A DNA stretch of 64,000 bases from assembly GCA_963803805.1 (NCBI GenBank), contig CAWDOD010000002.1, positions 1,088,001-1,152,000 on the forward strand. Reading direction: 5' to 3'. Under the pieces are notes generated by a model, which saw only the letters and a list, made by a program, of their open reading frames with translations, was not told where the DNA came from and ran no database searches. This DNA is from an uncultured cyanobacterium (GTDB lineage: Bacteria; Cyanobacteriota; Cyanobacteriia; Cyanobacteriales; CAWCAG01). This document shows, piece after piece, positions 39,539 through 49,187 of this stretch. A program made the position numbers and the translations under genes. The stretch's first letter is position 1, and every line of letters begins with the position of its first letter.

Positions 39539-39567
39539 AGGGCAGTTTGACCTTAAACGGTAAATAG

Positions 39568-40098
39568 TTAAAAGCGAATCAAACTCTCACTTTTATCAGA
39601 CTTAAGATACTCTGTATTGACCCTGGATTCTCTAACTAGGGAAATTTTGCCAGTGCGGGCAATTTCGCGAATGCCAAATTTGCCTAACATTTGGACAATA
39701 GCAACCATTTTACCGGGATCTCCGACTACTTCTACTGTTAAGCTATCTTCGGAAGTATCTACTACCCTGGCACGAAAAATATTAGCAATTTCAACAACTT
39801 CAGAACGGTTAGAAGCTGTAGCATTGACCTTGAGTAGCATTAACTCTCTCTCTACACAGGGAACTTCTGTTACATCTTGAACCTTGAGGACGTGAATGAG
39901 CTTATAGAGTTGTTTGATTAACTGCTCAATGCTGCGGTCATCTCCGGGGACTAACATAGTAATACGGGAGATACCAGATTTTTCTGCTGGCCCTACAGCT
40001 AAACTTTCGATATTGAAGCCTCGGCGAGCAAATAAGCCAGCGATGCGGGTCAAAACGCCTGCTTCATCTTCAACTAATACGGAAATAGTATGCTTCAT
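39568..40098 (-). CDS. ilvN: Acetolactate synthase small (regulatory) subunit
   Basis: [36 protein letters not shown] at 40098 with GGGAG RBS. Confidence 0.96.
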   Translation of the reverse strand: MKHTISVLVEDEAGVLTRIAGLFARRGFNIESLAVGPAEKSGISRITMLVPGDDRSIEQLIKQLYKLIHVLKVQDVTEVPCVERELMLLKVNATASNRSEVVEIANIFRARVVDTSEDSLTVEVVGDPGKMVAIVQMLGKFGIREIARTGKISLVRESRVNTEYLKSDKSESLIRF

Positions 40099-40266
40099 TA
40101 TCTCTCCCTTGGTAGACACAAAGTAAGAATTTAGTTGCTATGTTGCCCAAATTTAAGACCAATGACTTGATAGTTAATCTCTTCCTTGGTAGGTTACTTA
40201 ACCGTAAATATAAATATATTCTCATAATATAGATGATTAACTTTCAACTTTAGGAGTCAATTTGTT

Positions 40267-40632
40267 ATGGGTTGGTTAAAAAGAATTTTTGGCAAGGAAA
40301 AGAAATCTTCTTCTAGTGCAAGCAAGAGTAAGAGTTCCGCTAGTTTTTCTGCACCTGCTAGCAGTAGCAAATCTAGTTCTAGTATTCCTCCAGAGAAAGT
40401 CGGTTTAGATGGAGAGTTTGATGAAAGTGGTTTAGCAAAAAGGGTAGCGTTAGCTTTTGATGAAGATGCCCAACTAGACGATATTGAAACTCTTTGGGTA
40501 GCTCAACTTGGTAGCCAGGTGGTTTTAAAAGGAACCGTTCCTAGTCAGGATTTCTTAGATAAAATGGTTTCTGTGGCTAAAAAAGTTGATGGAGCAGACA
40601 GCGTTTCTACTGAGCAAGTCACAGTAGGTTGA
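40267..40632 (+). CDS. BON domain-containing protein
   Basis: SGLAKRVALAFD...VVLKGTVP...VDGADSV. Confidence 0.85.
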   Translation: MGWLKRIFGKEKKSSSSASKSKSSASFSAPASSSKSSSSIPPEKVGLDGEFDESGLAKRVALAFDEDAQLDDIETLWVAQLGSQVVLKGTVPSQDFLDKMVSVAKKVDGADSVSTEQVTVG

Positions 40633-40667
40633 AAAATTCAACTTTAAATTAAGTTAAAGGTCAAAAT

Positions 40668-40696
40668 TTAGAGACGTTTCGCCGGAACGTCTCTAA
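40668..40696. repeat. REP-like hairpin / bidirectional terminator
   Basis: TTAGAGACGTT-tcgccgg-AACGTCTCTAA between convergent genes. Confidence 0.75.
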
Positions 40697-41611
40697 GACA
40701 TTGCTCTTGCAAAGTGTTTTTCTAACCAAGCTAACAAAAGAGTATTAAATCTCTCCGGACATTCATCATGAAGACAATGTCCTGCTTGGTCTAACTCTAC
40801 CAACTCTATTTTTGAATTGAGTTCTGCTAAAGGTCTAGCTAAAGCAAAAGGAACCATGCGGTCTTCTGTTCCCCAGAGAAGTAATATCGGTATGGTTAAG
40901 TTGGGTAAGATGGCCTGCCGAAGGAGTGAAGTTAGGATGGCTAGCGCCTCGAAACAAGCTGGCAAAAGCTTTATCTGCATCTTCATCAAGAGCAGGGGCC
41001 GTTAATATTCCCACTAATTCTTCGGTAATAGCTCCCCGTTGGGTATAAGCTACTCTAGCCCAAATATCAACTACTTTAGGCTGCCTCACTAGCTTAAAAA
41101 CCATCTTTAACAAAGGGGGGAAAGCGATAAGGGCTTTAGTTCTAGCCTCCCAAGACTTGACCCATTTGGGTAAGTTTTTTTGTAGTAGGGAAGTATCTGG
41201 AACGCTAATCATAGCTAGACCTGCTACCATTTCTGGGTGGGCTGCTGCGGCTGCAAAACAGACCAAAGAACCAAGGGAATTTCCCACTAAAACCACAGGA
41301 CGCTGAATAAAAGTTTGCCAGAAATCGTAAACCTGCTCAACCCAAAGGGCAATACTATAATCTGTATCAGCCTTTTTTGAACCACCAAAGCCTAACAAAT
41401 CCAGAGCATAAACTCTATGTTCTTTTCCTAAAATTGGTAGATTAGAGCGCCAATGCTCAATAGATGCACCAAAGCCATGTAGTAAAATAAGAGGAGTTTT
41501 GGATTGCTTGTCTGGAATTAAAGGTTGTACAAAAGTGTAGCGAGTTTGCCAACCTCGCCAAACCCAGTCTCTTTGGTTACCGATGCGCTGTTGCCAATCA
41601 ATTGACACCAT
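40693..41611 (-). pseudogene. Alpha/beta hydrolase, frameshifted near 40915
   Basis: HGFGAS and GNSLG lie in ORF 40835-41611; the catalytic WGTED and GHCLHDE lie in another frame (40693-40989). May be a sequencing error. Confidence 0.85.
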
Positions 41612-41859
41612 TAAACTATCAAGTTAAGTTTAAAAAGTTTTACAATATATTGTAATCGATGGCAAATTTTTAAGTTATGGGTTAGAAGATTGGTAAAGAT
41701 CAAGTTAAACTTTAGGTTCCTATGAATTAGAGCAACTAAAACATAAGTTAACAATCTCAACAGAATTTTCAGGAAAGTAAGTAAAATGAACATATAGATT
41801 CAGTCTAACTTTCCTAGTCAATTACTACAAAACACCATTAATTTAAGCAGATTAAAAAT

Positions 41860-42393
41860 ACGCCTGTGAAAGACAGAAGACGCAATCGCGATCTACCCCA
41901 AATTAACGAAAGGATTCGTTTTCCTACAATCCGTGTCATTGATAACGAACGCAACCAGCTAGGAATTCTTTCGCCAGAAGAGGCTTTGAATATAGCTGAA
42001 GAAAGAGGGCTGGATCTCGTCTTAGTCAGTGAAACCGCAGATCCTCCTGTTTGCCGCATTATGGACTACGGCAAGTATAAATTCGAGCAGGACAAAAAGA
42101 AGAAAGACGCGAAGAAGAAACAGCATACGGCTGATGTTAAAGAAGTTAAGATGCGCTACAAAATTGAAGAACACGATTACAACGTGCGTGTCAATCAAGC
42201 AGAACGCTTTTTAAAATCGGGAGATAAGGTAAAAGCAACAATTACTTTTCGAGGTAGGGAAATTCAGCACTCAGATTTAGCGGAAGCTTTGCTCAAGCGC
42301 ATGGCAGATGATCTAACTGAATTAGCGGAAGTTCAGCAGTACCCAAAAAGGGAAGGACGCAACATGATGATGCTTCTTTCCCCTAAGAAGTAA
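41860..42393 (+). CDS. infC: Translation initiation factor IF-3
   Basis: [25 protein letters not shown]. Start uncertain: ATT 41851, ACG 41860 or GTG 41866. Confidence 0.97.
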   Translation, partial: TPVKDRRRNRDLPQINERIRFPTIRVIDNERNQLGILSPEEALNIAEERGLDLVLVSETADPPVCRIMDYGKYKFEQDKKKKDAKKKQHTADVKEVKMRYKIEEHDYNVRVNQAERFLKSGDKVKATITFRGREIQHSDLAEALLKRMADDLTELAEVQQYPKREGRNMMMLLSPKK

Positions 42394-42423
42394 GCCTGTA
42401 ACATTTACTTGAAATAACTGAGT

Positions 42424-42453
42424 AGGTTAGCATGACATTAAGCTGTGCTAACC
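42424..42453 (+). terminator. Stem-loop after infC
   Basis: AGGTTAGCA...TGCTAACCT. Confidence 0.55.
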
Positions 42454-42630
42454 TCATATATTCTTAGCCTATTGCAAGTATTATTTGCCCCTTGCTCTAG
42501 GCAGATGACAAATGATAGGTAATTTCCCTAAAACTAGTTATGCCCTGTATCATCCTTAGTAACAAGGCATAATTATTGCTTTTATAGCAGTTTGTTAGGA
42601 GGTTGACTATTTTAGCCCTCCCATAACTAA

Positions 42631-45600
42631 ATGACGAATGACAGCATCTCAATGAAACTGCAAACTCGCTCTCGTACTAAGAGCGATTGGAAAAGAAAAG
42701 TTCTTCAGGGTTTAAATCTTCGTCCCGAAGAGGGAGAACGAACTTTTTTTATGTTCGTTTTCTACACCGCTACTTCCATAGGGCTAATTTGGCTAGAACA
42801 AGTCACTGTTGCTATCTTTTTGGCCGAGTTTGGTGTTGAGTTATTACCCATAATTTATATTGCCAGCGCCTTGATGGGTTCGGCTTTAGGTTTTTCTTAT
42901 TCTTTATTAGAAAAATTTTTACCGGTACGCAGGGTTTTACTGACTGTTTCCTTGATCATGGCCCTGCCGTTGGTTTTATTTCGGGTAGGCTTAGATATTC
43001 CTTACTTTAATGGCATCATTGCTTTAGGAACAGCGTTTGCGTTACGGCTGTGGATGGACGCAGAGGATATTCTCAATGACCTCAATGCCCAAGTTGCAGC
43101 TAACCAAATTTTCAATATTCGAGAAATTAAGCGTACTTATCCTTTAGTTGCTAGTGGACTGCTAGTAGGAGATGTGGTAGCGGGTTTCTCTTTACCCCTA
43201 CTACTAGTATTTTTGCAGACTAAGGATGTCATTGTTCTCGCTTCTATTATGATGTTAGTAGGAGCAGGAACTCTTTATTTTCTTACTAAACGCTACAAAC
43301 AATCTTTTCCTGATACTCCCACTAGGGATTTAGACGAACTGCAAACAGAATATGCCAGTAGCAGCATTAGTGCTTCTTTGAGGAAATATATTATCCCCCT
43401 ATTTGCTTTTTTTATTTTGGGGGAAGTGCTGTTTCTACTCGTGGAATTTCAGTATCTAGGGGAAATAGAAAGAGTTCTTAATGAAGAACAAATAGCTGGC
43501 TTTTTAGGCTTATTTAGCGGTGTTTTAGGAATATTTGAACTACTAACTCAATTGTTCATTTCCAGTCGTGCAGTGGAGCGTTTAGGGGTATTTGTAGCGG
43601 CAATGTTCCTACCGGTATCCCTATCAATTTTAGGTTTGATCACCCTAATATTTGATGCCAATGTTGGCGCTAACATTTTCAATGATATGGAAATTCTGTT
43701 TGTGGGGGTAATCGTCTTAAAATTCTTCGATGAACTGCTGCGCTATACCCTCATTGCTGGTATTGAACCTGCTTTATTTCAACCTATACCAGGAAGGATT
43801 CGTGGTTCTATTCAAACGCGGGTACAGGGTATTGCTGAACCTCTATCCACAGGGGTTACTGGTTTAGCAATTTTAGCTATAGTTTGGTTTGTCAACCATC
43901 GATTCGGCGAACTCTCTGAAGCAGCAGTACGGCAAGTTCAAGGAGGGATCTTCATTGGGGCTATTGTGATTTTCTCCATTATTTGGGCCACAAGTGCTTG
44001 GTTGCTCCGTTCTAGTTACGTCAGCTTGTTAGTGCAGAGTGCTGAACAAGGACGTTTAGGCTTTTTAAGTGTAGACCTAAAAGCATTTAAAAAGGCGATT
44101 TTAGAAGCCCTGCAAGAGAAAGAAGCCGAAGGAGATAAACTTTCTTGTATTCAATTATTAGAACGAATTGATCCTCCAGGAGTAGGAGAAGTTTTAGCCC
44201 CTTTGTTGGCAGATTTATCCCCTGCCCTTCAAAAGGAAAGTTTAGGGGCTATGGTGAAATATCCTGATTATGAGTTACGTCCCTATGTTCAAAAGATCGT
44301 TGAACAAAAACCCAATTTAGATGTTTTGGCTTTAGCTTTGCGCTATATGTGGCTGTCTCAACCAGACTTAGATACTAATACTTTAATTCCCTATCTGAAT
44401 GAAAGAGTAGATCCTGTCGTTAGGGGAACTGCTGCTAGTTTAATTCTGCGTCGAGGCAACCCTTATGAAAAAGCAGAAGCTACCAATACCTTAGAAAGAA
44501 TGCTTTCTTCCCCAAGGGAAAAAGAAAGAACTATCGCTATTAAAGCTTTGCAAGAAGTGGATTATATGCCCATCTTCGCTAAACGTTACCTCCCTGAACT
44601 CTTACAAGATGAGTCGGCTAGGGTACGTTGTGCTTTATTAGAAATGATTGGTACAAAGCATTTAGAGACTTATTACCCTTCTTTGGTAAAAGGACTTTAT
44701 TATCGTTCTACTCGCGAAGCAGCTAGAAATGCTTTAGTTTTGCTAGGAGATGATGGAACTGAGATTCTTGCTGAGTTGTCAGAAGATATTCGTAAGCCAG
44801 ATATGGTTAGGTTACAAGGTTGGAATGCCTTAGCGCAAATCGCTACCCCTAAAGCCTTAACTGAGTTGGTACAGCAATTAATAAGTAATTGGGGGGCAAA
44901 CCGTCGCAGTATTTTAAGAATCTTACTGAAAATTAGCAGCGATCGCGGTATTGAAACAGCCCTTGAACAGTTGGGGCGTAGCGGTGTAGAGACAATGATT
45001 GAGCAAGAATTATTATTGCTTGGCGAAATTTACTCTGCTTCTATTGATTTTGATTCAGAAACTCTTATAGGCAGGGAAGCAAACTTGTTAAGGTCTGCCC
45101 TTAAAGATTTACAGTCAGATATTATGGATCGCTGTTTTTTGTTGATGAAGTTGCTTTATCCTGCCAGCGCCATTCAAGCAGCTATGTTTAACCTTAATTC
45201 TGATTCCCAGGCTAATATTGCCTTGGGTTTAGAGATTTTGGATAATACCCTAGATTTACCCACCAAAGGAGTTCTCTTAGAATTATTAGATCGTGGCACT
45301 ACCGAGAATAAACTGGTTGCTTTAGAATCTTTATTTGTTTATCAACCCATGAAACCCCCAGATCGGTTGCGTCACTTAGTGGAGTTTCGTCATTTTCTCT
45401 CGGATTGGTCTTTAGCTTGTTGTTTTTATTTAGCTCGTCAGGCACACTGGACTATAAGCAGAGAAGCAACCTTAGTTTGTTTGCGCCATCCTAGCGCCTT
45501 TGTTAGAGAAGCAGTACTTGTTTACCTGCGCGAAGCTAGTCCTCGTACCTGTAGCGAACTGCTATCGGTATTAAAAAATGATCCTAATCCTCTGGTTGCA

Positions 45601-45657
45601 GCCCAAGTGCAGCAGATTATTGGGGAAATGGGACATCCTACAGCTTATAAGCCTTGA
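42631..45657 (+). CDS. MFS/nucleotide-transporter (NTT/TLC)-like membrane domain with HEAT repeats
   Basis: About 12 TMs with FNIREIKRTYP, then HEAT-like repeats (DPVVRGTAA, LLQDESARVR, DPNPLVAA). Confidence 0.8.
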   Translation: MTNDSISMKLQTRSRTKSDWKRKVLQGLNLRPEEGERTFFMFVFYTATSIGLIWLEQVTVAIFLAEFGVELLPIIYIASALMGSALGFSYSLLEKFLPVRRVLLTVSLIMALPLVLFRVGLDIPYFNGIIALGTAFALRLWMDAEDILNDLNAQVAANQIFNIREIKRTYPLVASGLLVGDVVAGFSLPLLLVFLQTKDVIVLASIMMLVGAGTLYFLTKRYKQSFPDTPTRDLDELQTEYASSSISASLRKYIIPLFAFFILGEVLFLLVEFQYLGEIERVLNEEQIAGFLGLFSGVLGIFELLTQLFISSRAVERLGVFVAAMFLPVSLSILGLITLIFDANVGANIFNDMEILFVGVIVLKFFDELLRYTLIAGIEPALFQPIPGRIRGSIQTRVQGIAEPLSTGVTGLAILAIVWFVNHRFGELSEAAVRQVQGGIFIGAIVIFSIIWATSAWLLRSSYVSLLVQSAEQGRLGFLSVDLKAFKKAILEALQEKEAEGDKLSCIQLLERIDPPGVGEVLAPLLADLSPALQKESLGAMVKYPDYELRPYVQKIVEQKPNLDVLALALRYMWLSQPDLDTNTLIPYLNERVDPVVRGTAASLILRRGNPYEKAEATNTLERMLSSPREKERTIAIKALQEVDYMPIFAKRYLPELLQDESARVRCALLEMIGTKHLETYYPSLVKGLYYRSTREAARNALVLLGDDGTEILAELSEDIRKPDMVRLQGWNALAQIATPKALTELVQQLISNWGANRRSILRILLKISSDRGIETALEQLGRSGVETMIEQELLLLGEIYSASIDFDSETLIGREANLLRSALKDLQSDIMDRCFLLMKLLYPASAIQAAMFNLNSDSQANIALGLEILDNTLDLPTKGVLLELLDRGTTENKLVALESLFVYQPMKPPDRLRHLVEFRHFLSDWSLACCFYLARQAHWTISREATLVCLRHPSAFVREAVLVYLREASPRTCSELLSVLKNDPNPLVAAQVQQIIGEMGHPTAYKP

Positions 45658-45747
45658 GCAAATTAATTTTGTGTTAAAAGGAGTTGGTAATTGATATTTT
45701 TAAATATCTCCATAATCTGCAATAGAGGAACTAATTACTAAACAAAA

Positions 45748-46191
45748 ATGTTAAGCAGTTTTGAACGCTTATTATTTATCAGGCGCGTCTCTATTTTTCA
45801 GGAACTTAGAGATGAGTTTTTGGTTAAGCTAGCATCGGCGATGGATGAGTTGTCTTTTCCGGCTCAACACAATATCTTTCAGCAAGGAGAAGAAGGACGC
45901 TCTCTCTATATCGTTGTTTCTGGAAGTGTGAAGGTTCACATTGGCGAAAGGGATTTAGCTCAATTAGAAGAAGGAGCTATTTTTGGGGAAATGTCTTTGT
46001 TTGATGCTGAACCTCGTTCTGCTTCTGTAACAACTTTGAAACCATCAGAGTGTTTGACCCTAAATCAATTGCAACTTATTGATGCGATCGAAGAAACTCC
46101 AGAGATTGCTGTTAATATAACTCGTTCTCTTTCCCGTCGTGTCCGGGATTTGAATGCTAAGCTAAATGCGGTTACCGCTAGTGGTAAATGA
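45748..46191 (+). CDS. Cyclic nucleotide-binding domain protein
   Basis: IFQQGEEG, FGEMSLFDAEPRSASV; no HTH. Confidence 0.92.
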   Translation: MLSSFERLLFIRRVSIFQELRDEFLVKLASAMDELSFPAQHNIFQQGEEGRSLYIVVSGSVKVHIGERDLAQLEEGAIFGEMSLFDAEPRSASVTTLKPSECLTLNQLQLIDAIEETPEIAVNITRSLSRRVRDLNAKLNAVTASGK

Positions 46192-46560
46192 AAATTATTA
46201 GATATTGGCAATAAGGTTATTTTGTCAATAGGTAGTTAAACTGTTAAGAAACAAGAAGTAGTTACCTCACCACTAGTACCTTCTTGAATTTTCCATTTTT
46301 AGGCGCTGGATTTAGGAAAAAACCTGCTATTGCAAGGGTTTTATTGAATCATGGCATTTTTTGGCGATAAAAAGCCAAAATATCATTTCTCCTAATTCTC
46401 TGCTAATTTTATGATCATAACAAGAGCTTTGAATAGCCTATTAATTCGTTCTTAATATATCTTTGTAAAAGCGCTCTAAAATTGTCTGAACTTAGATAAT
46501 TAAATGCTTTAAGTTTTTTTGATAAAGTTTTACTTATCAATCTTCGTTAACCTCGTAATC

Positions 46561-46773
46561 CTAATTCTCGTAATAGTTGAGTGTTTCTCCTTCACATAAA
46601 TAGATTCTCTTTTCAATAGCAACTCGATATTGAGGAGGGAGGTTTGATTCGATATTATCGGCGTAAGCGAAGCCATGCCGGAGGCTTATCGCACTTATTA
46701 AGCGATGATAGATTTCTGGCCAAAGTTCGGGATTTTCTAAATAGGGGTTCATTCCAGGGAATGGGGAAGGCAT
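46561..46773 (-). pseudogene. DUF4058 family 5' fragment
   Basis: MPSPFPGMNPYLE is the typical DUF4058 start; truncated at 70 aa and carries a 24-nt insertion. Confidence 0.8.
46664..46687 (+). mobile_element. 24-nt SDR-like micro-insertion in HIP1
   Basis: GCG[TAAGCGAAGCCATGCCGGAGGCTT]ATCGC; removing it restores GCGATCGC. Confidence 0.8.
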
Positions 46774-46904
46774 AACTTGTAGGTATGGAAAGAACTATTT
46801 AAGGAAATGAAGTTAAGGATGACAGGTCAACTATAATAATTATTTGGGTAGTTAGTCTTTGTCTCAATCTACCAATATTAATTCCTACTATATCTGAAGA
46901 TATT

Positions 46905-47207
46905 ATGCAAACTTATTATTACGCTTTAGCTAGTCAAAAGTTTTTACTTGAAGAAGAACCTTTTGAAGAAGTTCTTACTGAACGTACTCGCAATTATCAA
47001 GAAAATAATAAAGAAATTGATTTTTGGTTAATAAAAGAACCTGATTTCCTCAATTCTCCAGAATTTGCTGAAATTAAGGCTAAATGCCCTCAACCTGCTG
47101 CGGCAGTTGTTTCTACGAACAAGCAGTTCATTACTTGGTTAAAGCTACGTTTGGAGTACGTTATGACAGGAGAGTTTCAATCAGATTCGGTTTTCAGTTA
47201 TCAATGA
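46905..47207 (+). CDS. ycf54: MgPME cyclase accessory protein Ycf54
   Basis: ASQKFLLEEEPFEEVL, DFWL, FITWLKLRLEYV. Confidence 0.94.
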   Translation: MQTYYYALASQKFLLEEEPFEEVLTERTRNYQENNKEIDFWLIKEPDFLNSPEFAEIKAKCPQPAAAVVSTNKQFITWLKLRLEYVMTGEFQSDSVFSYQ

Positions 47208-47278
47208 TCAGTATGAAGTTTGTATGTGAAAGTAAAGTAAAGAGTACAGAAATTAAACAATCAGCAACTAGCAACTAG

Positions 47279-48550
47279 CTATAAATGTTTTTTATCTAGA
47301 AAAAATAGAACTAATAATCCTAAACTTATACTGGCAGAGGCAATTAGCCAGAAGTTAGAGGTGAAATTGGCTGGTTGATCTAAAACCCAACCTCCTAAAG
47401 AAGGGCCAATAAAATAACCGACAGCCCAACATTGGGCTTCTAGGGAGAAATAGATCCCTCGCAGGGATTCTGGGGCCAAATCTCCTACTAAAGAAGAGGC
47501 GGAAGGGACATAGATAACTTTGGCGCAGGCAAACAGAAATAAAGCAGCGTAGGCAAAGCCTGTCGTAGACATCACGCCCATAATTAGTTCATTAGGGATT
47601 ATGCCCATTAGCCAAATTAAGGAAAATCCTCCTCCCCAGAATACCAAAGCCAGCATCAAAGCCCGAAAACGCCTGATTTTATTGAGAAAGCGGGCTACGG
47701 GTAATTGGAAAATAGCGTTGAAAGTGACGTAGAAAAAGAAAAGCAGGCTAATGGTTTCGGTGGTAAATCCTGTTTCTGTTTCTGCACCTGGGATAAAGTT
47801 GGCAAAATAAAGAGGCAGAGTGCTATTAATTTGGGCATCGTAGGTGGTGAAGAGGATGTTTATTAATAACCAAATTACAAAAATGCGATCCCTAAATGCC
47901 TGTTTCCAGCCTTGTATAGCTTGATGGTTGGTTTCTGAGGGTTGACGAGTTTCTTCTATGGTTAACCAAATGATTATTAAAAAAGTAAGATAAGCAAAAC
48001 TTTTAAGCAAAAATAAAGTCCGATAACCACCAGCAATCGCTATTAGTTTTCCGGCTAAAAATACTCCTAAACCTAAACCTAAGCTATCCGCTAAGCGAGT
48101 AGTAGCAAAAGCTTCATTACGCTGTTCTAGGGAGGTTAAATCTGCTACCATTGCTTCTGTAGGAGGCCAATATAAACCGATGCCTAAACTCATCAATAAG
48201 TTACCTATAATCAAGCTAGGAAAATTATAGGCAAAGGCTAAAGATAGGCTAGCTAAAACAGAAACAGCCGCAGCCATAAGCAAAGTTTTTTTCCGCCCCC
48301 ACGACACAGAATCAGCCAATGAACCCGCAATAAATCTTCCTACCACCCCAGAAACAGAACCAAAACCCAGGGCTAAACCAACTTGGGTTGCTGATAAGCC
48401 AATTTCATCGACAAAGAAGATGGAAGCATAAACTAAGGTAAAACCTTGACCAATATGTAATAAAAATCGACCAACAGCGAGAATCCAAACTTCTTTTTTT
48501 AATTCTGGTAGTAACTTGGCTAAGGTTGGGAGTTTAAGAGTTTGACTCAT
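47279..48550 (-). CDS. MFS transporter
   Basis: 12-TM pattern, GSLADSVSWGRK, DLAPESLRGIY. Confidence 0.9.
   Translation of the reverse strand: MSQTLKLPTLAKLLPELKKEVWILAVGRFLLHIGQGFTLVYASIFFVDEIGLSATQVGLALGFGSVSGVVGRFIAGSLADSVSWGRKKTLLMAAAVSVLASLSLAFAYNFPSLIIGNLLMSLGIGLYWPPTEAMVADLTSLEQRNEAFATTRLADSLGLGLGVFLAGKLIAIAGGYRTLFLLKSFAYLTFLIIIWLTIEETRQPSETNHQAIQGWKQAFRDRIFVIWLLINILFTTYDAQINSTLPLYFANFIPGAETETGFTTETISLLFFFYVTFNAIFQLPVARFLNKIRRFRALMLALVFWGGGFSLIWLMGIIPNELIMGVMSTTGFAYAALFLFACAKVIYVPSASSLVGDLAPESLRGIYFSLEAQCWAVGYFIGPSLGGWVLDQPANFTSNFWLIASASISLGLLVLFFLDKKHL
47550..47570 (+). mobile_element. 21-nt SDR5-like micro-insertion in a HIP1 variant
   Basis: GCG[TAGGCAAAGCCTGTCGTAGAC]ATCAC; two mini-hairpins; in frame in the MFS gene. 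Confidence 0.8.
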
Positions 48551-48720
48551 GAAGTATTTTTTTAGTGCATTAAGAGAAGCAAATTATTAAACTAAGACAT
48601 TTGAATATCTCTATGGACTATTAAATATTTCCTCCCTTCACAGATCGATTTAGAAGCATAACAGCTTATTTTGTTAGATAATATTAATTAGCAAACTTAA
48701 TTTAGTTAATCAAAATACCA

Positions 48721-49002
48721 ATGGCAAAAGCAATTTGGAATGGGGCTGTTTTAGCCGAAAGCGATCGCTGCGAAATGGTTGAAGGAAATTACTATTTTCC
48801 GGCAGACTCGATTAACCAAGAATATTTTCAAGATAGCAATACCCATACTACTTGTCCCTGGAAAGGTGTTGCTAGTTATTACACTATTGTAGTTGAAGGA
48901 GAAAAAAATCAGGATGCAGCTTGGTATTATCCCCAAGCAAAGGAGAAAGCGAAAAATATTGAAGGTTATGTCGCTTTTTGGCGAGGAGTTGAAGTAACAT
49001 AA
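48721..49002 (+). CDS. DUF427 family protein
   Basis: VEGNYYFP, CPWKGVASYY, AAWYYP. Confidence 0.93.
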   Translation: MAKAIWNGAVLAESDRCEMVEGNYYFPADSINQEYFQDSNTHTTCPWKGVASYYTIVVEGEKNQDAAWYYPQAKEKAKNIEGYVAFWRGVEVT

Positions 49003-49187
49003 CTTACGTAAAAGACAGAGAAATAGAGGGTGATTTTAATTGAGCAATGAGATACCCAGAAAGTAATTCATGCTTAATCTGATAGACAGTTTGAGGTGAT
49101 GTTCTTTCCTACAGGTCTTATCTTTGATTTCTTTGGTCTAAAGTGAAATAATTAATATCTAATAAGCATTAATAAACTTCTTTAAAA

